The notes under the pieces were generated by a model. It had not been told where the DNA came from. It searched no databases and worked only from the letters and a program-made list of their open reading frames with translations. DNA of 64,000 bases from Candidatus Poriferihabitaceae bacterium. Its GTDB lineage: Bacteria; Pseudomonadota; Gammaproteobacteria; Arenicellales; Poriferihabitantaceae. A program made the translations under genes and the position numbers. Where the stretch lies: the NCBI GenBank assembly GCA_965208975.1, contig CBDBQH010000003.1:1348792-1412791 (forward strand), read 5' to 3'. Below, in pieces: positions 40,451 to 49,723 of this stretch; positions within the stretch are counted from its first letter, which is position 1; each line of letters begins with the position of its first letter.

Positions 40451-40932
40451 CGGCTGATCCGGCTAATGTATAGCCAGTCCGAATTGTGGATCGTGTGAAT
40501 CAATCCAGTGAAGTCATCAGCCAGCCGGTAGCCAAGCGGATAGCGGAGGTTGTGACGGGTATATTAGGCAGTGGGAGCTTGCAGTTGTCGATGGTTGTGG
40601 TGCGTCATGGCAAACAACAACCGATGGTACTGGTCAGTACCGAGCGGATACGGGGTCGTTTGCAAGGGGAGCGTCTGATTCAATCGTATATGGGTCGTTG
40701 GGCTTGTGAGGAAGGGTATCGGTTCAGCAAGCAGGGGTTTGGATTGGAGAAGGTTCAAGCCCGGAAACTGACGACCTTGCAGAATCTGGTTGCACTGGCG
40801 ACGTTAGCCTGGGGATTGCTGGCCTGTCACCAGAATCAGGGGCAGAAACTCATCTACAAGGCGAAACGGCAAAAGAGTCACAAACCCCTGGTTTTCCCGT
40901 TCTATACGCTGTTATCGGATTGGCAGGCGTTA
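40246..40932 (+). repeat. 687-bp direct repeat, copy B
   Basis: See copy A. Boundaries located by base-by-base comparison at both junctions. Confidence 0.9.
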
Positions 40933-40950
40933 AAAGCGCTTTCAGGATGA
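40486..40950 (+). mobile_element. IS4-family DDE transposase, C-terminal fragment (154 aa, further truncated)
   Basis: Near-identical to 28431-28877. Diverges after ...TLLSDWQAL and stops. Confidence 0.65.
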
Positions 40951-41126
40951 ACCCACCTCTTCACGGATAACAGCGCTGTTTCGATCAAAAAATGCCGCAA
41001 GGTTGTATCCGACAACATCCCGCATGAAATCATAGGTCGATATCAACGGATTATTTGCTCCGATTCGCAGTTCATATCACCCCCGTCAATCCGTTTATAG
41101 AAATCGTCTCAGTATTCATCACAGTA

Positions 41127-42143
41127 TCATCGCCCCGATTTTCCAGAACCCATCCCAGCCCGTCGCTGGTTAATCCGGCGGGTCGCTTCCTCAGTACCAT
41201 CGTGCAGGGTATCGAGCCATTTGTCCCAGGGCATGAACGGGGTTCCGTAGTTGCATTCGAAGTATCGGTGATGGAGCTGATGGAACAGGTTGGCGACCCC
41301 GAGCGTGGATTTGCCCTTGATGACAATGGATTCGTAACCGACATGCCCGGTATAAGCCGACAGCGCGGTCAGATAGATATGGAAGAACATGTGGATCGGG
41401 TGGGAGGGAATGACCAGATGAATCAGCACGGTACTGAAATAAAACAGATGCTCAAGCGGGTGCATCGCTAACCCGGACCATGGCCCGATCGTGACGTTTT
41501 TGTGATGCAGGGCATGGGCAATCCGGTAGAGCGGTGGCCAGTGAATCAGCCGATGGATGAAGTAGAAGTGCATTGACGCCCATGCGGTCAATATCAGGAA
41601 CAGGCCAACAAACCAGTAAGGATTATCCGACCAGGTATTCCATAGAATGAGCTGATTGGCATACGCCCACATCAGCAATACCTGAAATCCTGTCCAGACC
41701 GTAACACCACTGGCGCAGGTCCAGAAGATATTGTCCCAAACCTGGTTGTTGAACAGGAATGTCCGGTTGTTTCGGGCTAATTCCCGATGCTCGTATCGTT
41801 GCACCTTGCCCTGGCATTTCCAGGTATGGAAATAAAGATGCAGGCCGCCCGCCGCCACCACGGAGAGACCGATATTGATCGCCCAAACCTGAAATATCCA
41901 GTCTGGCGAGAAGGTCTTCCAGTCCTCGATTCCCGGAGAGAGGTAAAACCACGTCACAATCCCCAGCAAGACAAAAATCATCATCTGGGATAATACAAAC
42001 CCCCTGCCCAGAATAAACTTCAATGCCTTGACGGGTTGCGGCGGCCATACGAAAATCGGCGGCATCACCAAAGGCAACTGCGGATGCCAGTTCCATGGCC
42101 CTCTTGTACGGTGGCTGGATTTCAGGGAAGCGGGGTCAGCCAT
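41127..42143 (-). CDS. fatty acid hydroxylase/sterol desaturase superfamily membrane protein
   Basis: 338 aa, hydrophobic, with three His boxes (HRLIH, HALHH, HQLHH). Starts 15 nt after the clpX stop. Confidence 0.75.
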   Translation of the reverse strand: MADPASLKSSHRTRGPWNWHPQLPLVMPPIFVWPPQPVKALKFILGRGFVLSQMMIFVLLGIVTWFYLSPGIEDWKTFSPDWIFQVWAINIGLSVVAAGGLHLYFHTWKCQGKVQRYEHRELARNNRTFLFNNQVWDNIFWTCASGVTVWTGFQVLLMWAYANQLILWNTWSDNPYWFVGLFLILTAWASMHFYFIHRLIHWPPLYRIAHALHHKNVTIGPWSGLAMHPLEHLFYFSTVLIHLVIPSHPIHMFFHIYLTALSAYTGHVGYESIVIKGKSTLGVANLFHQLHHRYFECNYGTPFMPWDKWLDTLHDGTEEATRRINQRRAGMGSGKSGR

Positions 42144-42158
42144 AAACCATCAGGCCAG

Positions 42159-43457
42159 TCAGGTTGACTGCATGGCAGCCTTTTTTCTGGTTTTTTCTTT
42201 CTCGTATACATAAAGCGGGCGCGAGCCTTCGGTAATCACAGAGGCGTCAACCACGACCTTGTTGACTCCTTCGAGCGAGGGTAACTCGTACATCGTTTCG
42301 ATCAGCGCACTCTCCATAATCGAGCGCAGCCCCCTGGCGCCCGATCTACGCTCCATAGCCTTGATCGCAATCTGGCGCAGCGCGTCTGCGTGGAATTCCA
42401 GATCAACGCCTTCATACTTGAACAGGGTCTGGTATTGCTTCGTCAGGGCGTTTTTGGGTTCAACCAGAATTCGCACAAGGGATTCCTCATCCAGTTCTTC
42501 GAGCGTCGCAATCACCGGAAGCCGACCCACAAATTCGGGGATCAGCCCGAACTTGATCAGATCTTCAGGCTCCAGTTTCTGCAACAGTTCATTGGAGCGC
42601 TGATCCGGTGACTGATCCTTGATGTCGGCGCCAAACCCGATGCCGGATTTCTCGGTGCGGTTCTGAACAATCTTCTCGACACCTGCGAAAGCGCCACCGC
42701 ACAGGAACAGGATATTGCGGGTATTCACCTGCAGAAGCTCCTGATGAGGATGTTTCCGCCCGCCATGCGGCGGAATCGCAGCGACAGTACCTTCAATCAG
42801 TTTCAGCAGAGCCTGCTGCACCCCTTCCCCGGAAACGTCACGGGTAATGGACGGGCCTTCGGCTTTGCGCGATACCTTGTCAATCTCATCAATATAAACG
42901 ATCCCGATCTCGGCTTTTTCAACTTCATAATCACAAGCCTGAAGCAGTTTCTGGATGATATTTTCAACATCCTCACCGACATAACCGGCTTCGGTCAGCG
43001 TGGTTGCGTCCGCGATCGTAAACGGGACATTCAGTTGTTTCGCCAGTGTTTCGGCCAGCAACGTTTTACCGGAGCCAGTCGGACCAATCAGGAGAATATT
43101 GCTTTTGGAAATATCAACGGCGGAATTCGCCTCTTCGTTTTCAATTCTTTTGTAGTGATTGTAAACCGCGACCGACAGCATTTTCTTCGCGTCCTGCTGG
43201 CCGATCACATAATCATCGAGAATTGCGTGGATTTCCTTAGGCGTTGGAAAGCCGGGCTCATTACCCGCAGGAGAAACCTCACCAGTGATTTCATCGCGAA
43301 TAATTCCGTTGCAAAGGTCGACACATTCGTCACAGATGAAGACAGAGGGTCCAGCAATCAGTTTCCTGGCTTCGTGCTGGCTTTTACCGCAAAAGGAACA
43401 ATGAAGCGGTTTTTCGTTTCTGGCTGAGGTTTTTTCAGTCATCGCTATTTTGGTCAA
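42159..43457 (-). CDS. clpX: ATP-dependent Clp protease ATP-binding subunit ClpX
   Basis: Zinc-finger [27 protein letters not shown], Walker A GPTGSGKT. Confidence 0.97.
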   Translation of the reverse strand: MTKIAMTEKTSARNEKPLHCSFCGKSQHEARKLIAGPSVFICDECVDLCNGIIRDEITGEVSPAGNEPGFPTPKEIHAILDDYVIGQQDAKKMLSVAVYNHYKRIENEEANSAVDISKSNILLIGPTGSGKTLLAETLAKQLNVPFTIADATTLTEAGYVGEDVENIIQKLLQACDYEVEKAEIGIVYIDEIDKVSRKAEGPSITRDVSGEGVQQALLKLIEGTVAAIPPHGGRKHPHQELLQVNTRNILFLCGGAFAGVEKIVQNRTEKSGIGFGADIKDQSPDQRSNELLQKLEPEDLIKFGLIPEFVGRLPVIATLEELDEESLVRILVEPKNALTKQYQTLFKYEGVDLEFHADALRQIAIKAMERRSGARGLRSIMESALIETMYELPSLEGVNKVVVDASVITEGSRPLYVYEKEKTRKKAAMQST

Positions 43458-43486
43458 TGATCGTATTGTGGTAACGACGGTTCCAA

Positions 43487-44086
43487 CTATAACCGTTTTT
43501 TTAGCACAGAATCAATAATGCCGTATTTACGGGCTTCCTCGGCGCTCATGAAATTGTCCCGGTCCGTATCGGTCTTGATCGTATCCAGGGATTGACCGGT
43601 GTGGCGCGAGAGAATCTGGTTGAGCCGCTCTCTGACACCGAGAATCTCCCGGGTATGGATTTCAATATCAGACGCCTGCCCCTGGGAGCCGCCCATGGGC
43701 TGGTGAATCATCACCCTGGAATGAGGCAGCGCGTGGCGTTTGTCCTTTTCCCCTCCGGCCAGGATCACGGCGCCCATACTGGCAGCCTGACCGATACACA
43801 CGGTACTGACATCCGGTCGTATGAACTGCATGGTATCGTAAACCGCAAGACCTGATGAAACATTACCGCCCGGACTGTTCACATACAGGGAAATATCCTT
43901 CTCCGGGTTTTCAGACTCCAGGAACAGCAGCTGCGCGACGATGATATTGGCCATGTGATCATCCACCGGGCCGACCATAAAGACGACTCGCTCCTTGAGC
44001 AGCCGGGAATAAATATCATAAGCCCGTTCACCGCGACCAGTGGATTCCACCACCATGGGTACAAAATTGATATTTTCAGTTTTCAT
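43487..44086 (-). CDS. clpP: ATP-dependent Clp protease proteolytic subunit
   Basis: 199 aa. Catalytic Ser context GQAASMGA and the His context MIHQP. Confidence 0.97.
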   Translation of the reverse strand: MKTENINFVPMVVESTGRGERAYDIYSRLLKERVVFMVGPVDDHMANIIVAQLLFLESENPEKDISLYVNSPGGNVSSGLAVYDTMQFIRPDVSTVCIGQAASMGAVILAGGEKDKRHALPHSRVMIHQPMGGSQGQASDIEIHTREILGVRERLNQILSRHTGQSLDTIKTDTDRDNFMSAEEARKYGIIDSVLKKRL

Positions 44087-45393
44087 TGCGGGTCTCCTTC
44101 ATAAAAATCCCGAAGCGAGAGTTTTTCTTCTTCAACAGTCGCCGTTTCCAACATTATTTTTACAACCTGTTCCTCAAACAGGACCGCCTCGGCCCTCTTC
44201 ACCTGTTCGGGGTCCGACATAAACTGGGCGATAAAGGCTTCCGGCTGCTCATAACTGGCCGCCATCTCATTCACCCTCGTCTTGACTGCGTCAGAGTCTA
44301 CCTGAATCATCTGCTTGTCAATAATCGCCTGGACGATCAGACCCATGGTAACCTGCCGTTTTGCTTCTTCCTCGTAATGCTCCCGGTTGATGTCACTCAC
44401 TGGCAGGCCATGATCCGTCATATACTGTTCAAGCCTTCGCGTCGAACGGTCAATTTCATTTTTGACCAGAGATTTCGGCGCTTCGATTTCGTTTTTACGC
44501 AACAAACCATTCATGACCCGGTGGCGCATCACACCCCGCAAACGATCATCCAGCTCACGGGACAGGTTCTTTTCCACCTCCTGCCTCAACTTTTCGATAC
44601 CGCCCTCACTGATTCCCATTTTTTCAGCAAACTCATCGTCGAGTTCCGGCAGTTCCGGCTGCTCGACCGCTTTGATCGTGATCGAATACTCGACCTCCTT
44701 GCCAGCCAGAATCGGATTGTCGTGGGATTGTGGATAGGAAGTCCGAATGACCGCGGTCTCACCCTGAGTGACACCGACCAGCCCGTTTTCAAACTCTTCC
44801 GGCATTTCCCGGTTACCGAGGACGAAAGAATATCCCCTTAAAGCTCCATCTTCAAAGCTCTCCCCTTCTACTTTGCCATCAGAATCAATCGTCAGTTTGT
44901 CGCCTTTTTCAGATTTCCCTTCCCGGATGACATAATTATCCACATGGCGCAGGCGAATATCCGCCAGCGTATTGTCAATATCCTGCGCCGTCACCTCCAC
45001 TACAGGCTTGCGGATGGTTACCCCTTCAAGGTCCAGTGAAGGAATGGCCGGAAAGATTTCTATGGTCGCAACAAACTCCAGATCCTTGCCGGACTGATAG
45101 GGGGTTGGCTCAATCGAAAGCAGTCCGGCCGGAATGATTTCCCGCTCATTGAGCGCGGCCTCGTAACTCGACTGGATCGTCTCCATCACTACCTCGTTGG
45201 TAATGCCGGGAGCAAATCGTTGCCGGACAATACGCAAGGGAGCCTTGCCGGGCCTGAAACCCGGGATGCGCGTCTTTCTGGCCGCGTCGTGCAGCCGTTT
45301 GGACACCTTTGATTCGATCTCATCAGCCGGTACGCAAATGGCAAGTTTTCGCTCAATGGCGCCAGACTCTTCAACGGAAACCTGCATGCTCAT
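44083..45393 (-). CDS. tig: trigger factor
   Basis: 436 aa. N-terminal ribosome-binding GFRPGKAP motif. Upstream of clpP (ATGA overlap). Confidence 0.95.
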   Translation of the reverse strand: MSMQVSVEESGAIERKLAICVPADEIESKVSKRLHDAARKTRIPGFRPGKAPLRIVRQRFAPGITNEVVMETIQSSYEAALNEREIIPAGLLSIEPTPYQSGKDLEFVATIEIFPAIPSLDLEGVTIRKPVVEVTAQDIDNTLADIRLRHVDNYVIREGKSEKGDKLTIDSDGKVEGESFEDGALRGYSFVLGNREMPEEFENGLVGVTQGETAVIRTSYPQSHDNPILAGKEVEYSITIKAVEQPELPELDDEFAEKMGISEGGIEKLRQEVEKNLSRELDDRLRGVMRHRVMNGLLRKNEIEAPKSLVKNEIDRSTRRLEQYMTDHGLPVSDINREHYEEEAKRQVTMGLIVQAIIDKQMIQVDSDAVKTRVNEMAASYEQPEAFIAQFMSDPEQVKRAEAVLFEEQVVKIMLETATVEEEKLSLRDFYEGDPQ

Positions 45394-45430
45394 CTCCTCA
45401 TAAATTTCATCATGTCTGTTTTTCTGATTA

Positions 45431-45515
<85 letters not shown>

Positions 45516-45603
45516 TTATTCACGCCAGTTTCTTATTTCACGCCAATTTGTCGCGAACTCAACTCTTGCGATAACCCGAACCCAAGCGAACCAGTGTAGA
45601 AAA

Positions 45604-45680
45604 TGGGGTGAACGATGGGACTCGAACCCACGACGACCGGAATCACAATCCGGGGCTCTACCAACTGAGCTACGCTCACC
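45604..45680 (-). tRNA. tRNA-His (anticodon GUG)
   Basis: Reverse complement reads G(-1)GTGAGCGTAGCTCAGTTGGTAGAGC CCCGGATTGTGATTCCGG ...GGTTCGAGTCCCATCGTTCACCCCA. Extra 5' G typical of tRNA-His. Confidence 0.9.
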
Positions 45681-46030
45681 ACAAACCTGTAAACCTGTAT
45701 CACCCTGAACGAAAATCGTTATGGCGCGCTCCGGGAAACGATAGATGGGTACTGACCCGAAGAAGCTGAATTATAATAGCAACCTCCTTGATCATCAATA
45801 TGATCAGCGAACTGGTCGGCTTTTCCGAAATTGATGAGTAATACCCGATTTGTATCGAAGTGATCGTCTATGATAAAACCTTTCCAGCGAAAGCAATACA
45901 ACTTTAACAGGAGCGAATATGGCAATGCAAAACAACAACACGAAGCGCCCATTGGGTTTTCCTCGCTAACTGATTTTTGACAACGCCACAGCATTCAGGC
46001 AGGATGATACTTTCTTGAGGGAGAAAGAAG

Positions 46031-47239
46031 ATGAGCGATATAGATTTGAAACATCTGTTTACACCGGGCACTGGAGCGGTGCCACCTTATCTGGCTGGCC
46101 GCAAGGCGGAACGGGAGTATTTCCAGGATTGTGTCGAGATATTGACCGCCCGGAAACCAGTCAGTCGAGACCTGATTGTTTACGGCCCCCGTGGCAATGG
46201 CAAAACCGCCCTGCTCACCTACCTGCAACAAGAGACCCTCCAAAAAGAAGAGGAGAAGCTGGATATTCTGTGGGCGACACCGAAGGAACTGGAACATCCG
46301 GGAAAATTTATTGATCTGGTGATCGGAGACCATTCCGGTCTTCGTCGCAAGCTCACTTCCGGGGAATTCTCAGTTGATTTCGGTATTGTGCAAGCCAATG
46401 TAGGGATTGACCTGTCCAGGCGACCGTTGACCATCCAGGATTTGTTGCGGGAACGATGCCAGAGCAAGCCTCTGATTCTGATTATTGATGAGGCCCATCG
46501 CCTGAACCCACAGATGGGCGAGGAGTTGTTGAACGCCAGCCAGACCGTACGCAGGGAGGGCAACCCGTTCCTGCTGGTTCTGGCTGGTACTCCGAATCTT
46601 GAAGCGGCCCTGGGAAAGACCAACGCATCGTTCTGGGACCGTAGTGAACTCTTTCCATTGGGACGGCTGTCGCCTGAAGAAGCCGGGCAGGCCATCACGG
46701 CGCCGTTGGAAAAAGCGGGCGTATCCTTTGCCCCCGGCGTCGTCAAAGAAGTCGTTGAACGTGCGCATTGCTACCCCTTTTTCCTGCAAGTACAGGGCGA
46801 TTGTCTGGCTCGAAGACTGAATCAAACCGGGGAGGCGGTAATCACTATGGACACGACTCGGGAAGTGGAGGCGGAGGCACAAAGAAGGCGCGACGCTATG
46901 TATAAAATCCGGCACAATGAGATAGACAGAATGGGGCTATTACCTGTGGCCCAGAGTGTTGCAGATGCCTTTATCCAGGGCGGCGAGCCGATTCTGCATG
47001 GAAAAATCCTGAAGGAAACGATTGAAAAAGGAATGACAGGTGATGATGAACCGGCCACGGACAGGCGCATCATGGAGAAACTGGAGCAGCTTTCCCACCT
47101 CGGTTATGTCTGGCAGGTCGGAAGATATGACTACGAACCCGGTATCCCGAGCCTGATGTCTTTTGTGCGGGAATATTCACTGTGCCAAACCCGGGTGGGA
47201 GCGCACAAAGCGCCGGGCATGGAAAGGCAGGAGTGGTAG
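46031..47239 (+). CDS. stand-alone AAA+ ATPase (archaeal-ATPase/Orc1-like N-terminus) with a helical C-terminal region
   Basis: 402 aa. SD GAGGGAG upstream. PPYLAGRKAEREYF lead-in, Walker A GPRGNGKT, Walker B LILIIDEAH. C-terminal half not recognised. Confidence 0.7.
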   Translation: MSDIDLKHLFTPGTGAVPPYLAGRKAEREYFQDCVEILTARKPVSRDLIVYGPRGNGKTALLTYLQQETLQKEEEKLDILWATPKELEHPGKFIDLVIGDHSGLRRKLTSGEFSVDFGIVQANVGIDLSRRPLTIQDLLRERCQSKPLILIIDEAHRLNPQMGEELLNASQTVRREGNPFLLVLAGTPNLEAALGKTNASFWDRSELFPLGRLSPEEAGQAITAPLEKAGVSFAPGVVKEVVERAHCYPFFLQVQGDCLARRLNQTGEAVITMDTTREVEAEAQRRRDAMYKIRHNEIDRMGLLPVAQSVADAFIQGGEPILHGKILKETIEKGMTGDDEPATDRRIMEKLEQLSHLGYVWQVGRYDYEPGIPSLMSFVREYSLCQTRVGAHKAPGMERQEW

Positions 47240-47278
47240 AATCCGGCGTTATTTGCATTCCCCTGGAAAACCAAACTC

Positions 47279-47896
47279 ATGCTCACAGGCATCAACCGGC
47301 GTCTGATCATCCGACTGGTCCTCTTTCATATCGGGATCATCGCGCTGTCGAACTACATGGTCCAGTTTACCGGCGCATTCATGGGGTATACGTTCACCTG
47401 GGCGATGTTTGTTTTTCCTGTCGTCATACTGGCTACCGACCTGACGGTCCGATTATCCAATCAGCGCAATGCCCGGATTGTGGTTGGTCTGGCGTATATT
47501 CCGGCCATCCTGATCAGCACCTGGTTGGCGGACTGGAGGATTGGGATGGCCAGCGGCACGGCCTATCTGGTCGGACAATTACTGGATATTACGGTATTCC
47601 AGAAAATACGTGAAAAGGCAAGGGCATGGTGGCCGGCGCCTCTGATCTCGACACTGGTCGCCAATATCATTGATACGTATACTTTTTTCGCAGTCGCGTT
47701 CCATCACTCCGCCGATGAGTTCATGGCAGTCAACTGGTTTGAGGTGGCTACGGTGGATCTGTGTTTCAAGATTGCCGTCTCGGTTGTGTTGTTCCTGCCT
47801 GCTTATGGAGCTTTGCTAAACCACCTCCGGGCCCGGCGTGACCGTAGCGATAGCCCTGCTTTTGACCATCCCGAAAATGACCATCCCGAAAATTGA
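47279..47896 (+). CDS. yhhQ: queuosine-precursor transporter (YhhQ/DUF165 family)
   Basis: 205 aa, colinear with E. coli YhhQ (LFHIGIIALSNYMVQ, FPVVILATDLTVR, WWPAPLISTLVANIIDT, VDLCFKIAVSVVLFLPAYG). Confidence 0.85.
   Translation: MLTGINRRLIIRLVLFHIGIIALSNYMVQFTGAFMGYTFTWAMFVFPVVILATDLTVRLSNQRNARIVVGLAYIPAILISTWLADWRIGMASGTAYLVGQLLDITVFQKIREKARAWWPAPLISTLVANIIDTYTFFAVAFHHSADEFMAVNWFEVATVDLCFKIAVSVVLFLPAYGALLNHLRARRDRSDSPAFDHPENDHPEN
47864..47893 (+). repeat. 15-bp tandem duplication at the 3' end of yhhQ (gaccatcccgaaaat x2, encoding DHPEN-DHPEN)
   Basis: 47864-47878 equals 47879-47893, immediately before the TGA. Confidence 0.9.
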
Positions 47897-47936
47897 CATA
47901 AGGAATAATAAAATGTAGCATAAGTGTTTTTAATCG

Positions 47937-47968
47937 ACTCAGATATTGGTATACTCAGATATTGGTAT
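47937..47968 (+). repeat. 16-bp tandem duplication (actcagatattggtat x2) upstream of the second TRAP operon
   Basis: 47937-47952 equals 47953-47968, ending 19 nt before ATG 47988 (SD AGGAG). Confidence 0.9.
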
Positions 47969-47987
47969 AAACATTCAGGAGAAATAA

Positions 47988-48998
47988 ATGAAATCGAAAT
48001 CTCTGAAACTTGTAGTTGCTGGTTCCTTGTCACTGATCATGGTCAGTGAAGTCATGGCAACCGAATGGAATGTGTCGCTGTGGGGGAAACGCCGCGCTTT
48101 TACCGAACATGTTGAAAAACTTGCTGAACTCGTCAGCGAAAAGACAGGCGGTGAATTCACGCTCAATCTGTCGTATGGAGGATTGTCCAAAAGCCGTGAA
48201 AATCTGGACGGCATTTCGATCGGCGCATTTGAAATGGCTCAGTTCTGCGCAGGCTACCATTATGATAAAAACCCGTCCATTACCGTCCTGGAACTGCCGT
48301 TTCTGGGGGTTTCTTCGCTTGAACAGGAGGTTGAAATCTCCCAGGCTGTTTACCGGCACCCTGCCGCTATTGAAGACCTTGCCCGTTGGAACGCTACACT
48401 GCTGATGCCCTCCCCGATGCCCCAGTATAACATTGCAGGAGTTGGTGATGGTCCAGGAACGCTTGCAGAATTTGAAGGACTTGCCGTCCGGGCTACAGGG
48501 GGCGTTGGCCAGGCGATAAAGGCAGTCGGCGCTGTACCCACTTCCATGTCAGCAACTGAAGTCCGGCAGGCGCTGGATAGTGGCGTAGTGTCAGCAGTTG
48601 CATTTGCGCCCCACGCCCACATGTCTTTTGGAACAGTTGAAAGCGCCAAATGGTGGACCACGAATCTCAATCCCGGTACTATCAACTGTCCTGTCGTTGT
48701 CAATACAGATGCCCTTGATTCACTGAGTGATATGGAACGCGAGGCTCTTCTCGGCTCTGTTGATGAGGCGCTGGCTCACTATCTTTCCAACTACAACGAC
48801 AAGACGATGGCTCAGTGGGGGCCGCTTCTTGATGAAAAGGGTATTGAGAGGATCACCTATGCCGAGCAAGAACTTGCAGCCCTCCGGGAAGCGGTTGCAG
48901 CCCCCGCTGCAAAGGCCTGGATCGAGGAGAACACTGCCCGTGGCCTGCCTGCACAGGAACTCTATGATCTTGTGACCGGCATGATCGATGGCAACTAA
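47988..48998 (+). CDS. TRAP transporter substrate-binding protein (DctP family)
   Basis: 336 aa with a signal peptide (LSLIMVSEVMA/TEW). Followed by the two TRAP permease genes. Confidence 0.8.
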   Translation: MKSKSLKLVVAGSLSLIMVSEVMATEWNVSLWGKRRAFTEHVEKLAELVSEKTGGEFTLNLSYGGLSKSRENLDGISIGAFEMAQFCAGYHYDKNPSITVLELPFLGVSSLEQEVEISQAVYRHPAAIEDLARWNATLLMPSPMPQYNIAGVGDGPGTLAEFEGLAVRATGGVGQAIKAVGAVPTSMSATEVRQALDSGVVSAVAFAPHAHMSFGTVESAKWWTTNLNPGTINCPVVVNTDALDSLSDMEREALLGSVDEALAHYLSNYNDKTMAQWGPLLDEKGIERITYAEQELAALREAVAAPAAKAWIEENTARGLPAQELYDLVTGMIDGN

Positions 48999-49058
48999 GC
49001 ACACCAATAATTCCCGCCGGTAGCGTACTGCCGGCGGAGCGAATACCGGAGAAATCAT

Positions 49059-49703
49059 TTGGCCGGTCACTCTGCTGTTCTCACAGACGGTACGCGCTTA
49101 AGCAGAATAGACTGTCGACTGTATCAGGTCGAATCCCTGCTGGCGCTTGTCGGCGGTTTTGCGGTATTTTCCTTGATGTTGCTTGCTGTCGCCAGCGTCG
49201 GCGGGCGCAATTTCCTGAATCATCCCTTGCCGGGATATGTCGACTGGATTGAGCAGGCGATGCCGCTGATTGCGTTTATTGGCGTTTCATACTGTCAGAG
49301 GCTGGGTGGTCACATACGGATGGACATTCTGGTAGGTTTGCTGCACAGACGTTCCCTGTGGGTAGCTGAATTCATCGGCACATTGTTAATCCTGATTTTG
49401 ATGTTGTTGATGATCTGGGGGACCTGGTCTCATTTTGAGCGCTCCTTCGACTGGTCAGCGCCCTGGTGGAGCCGTGACTCCAGCCTGGACATACGCCTGC
49501 CTCTTTGGCCTGCCAAGCTGCTGGTTCCAGTAGCATTTTCAGTTCTTGCCTTACGCATGGCATTACAAGTCTGGGGTTATGGTAGAGCCATTCTTTCAGG
49601 AACGTCAGAACCCGTGGCCGTGCCGCTCATTGAGGATGTCGCAAAGATTGCCGAACAGGAAGCTGAAGCGGTAGCAGGACTTGAGCATGAAAACGAGGAG
49701 TAA
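49059..49703 (+). CDS. TRAP transporter small permease
   Basis: 214-aa 4-TM-type protein in the DctQ position, with an acidic C-terminal tail. Confidence 0.75.
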   Translation: MAGHSAVLTDGTRLSRIDCRLYQVESLLALVGGFAVFSLMLLAVASVGGRNFLNHPLPGYVDWIEQAMPLIAFIGVSYCQRLGGHIRMDILVGLLHRRSLWVAEFIGTLLILILMLLMIWGTWSHFERSFDWSAPWWSRDSSLDIRLPLWPAKLLVPVAFSVLALRMALQVWGYGRAILSGTSEPVAVPLIEDVAKIAEQEAEAVAGLEHENEE

Positions 49704-49723
49704 ATTCAATACGCCCCGGATCA

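Noticed and set aside
40945-41085. Short minus-strand reading frame YELRIGANNPLISTYDFMRDVVGYNLAAFFDRNSAVIREEVGSS* abutting repeat B
   Set aside because: It looks protein-like and may be the 3' remnant of a deleted gene. However, it is only ~46 codons, has no credible start and no recognisable family.
45719-46333. Minus-strand ORFs 45719-45994 and 45995-46333
   Set aside because: The sequences are Cys/Phe-rich or low-complexity and have no start context. The second is antisense to the well-supported ATPase gene.
47240-47278. preQ1 riboswitch upstream of yhhQ, a common association for this transporter family
   Set aside because: Only 39 nt separate the preceding stop from the yhhQ ATG. I could not fold the preQ1-I hairpin with its A-rich tail from gcattcccctggaaaaccaaactc. 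A covariance-model scan would settle it.
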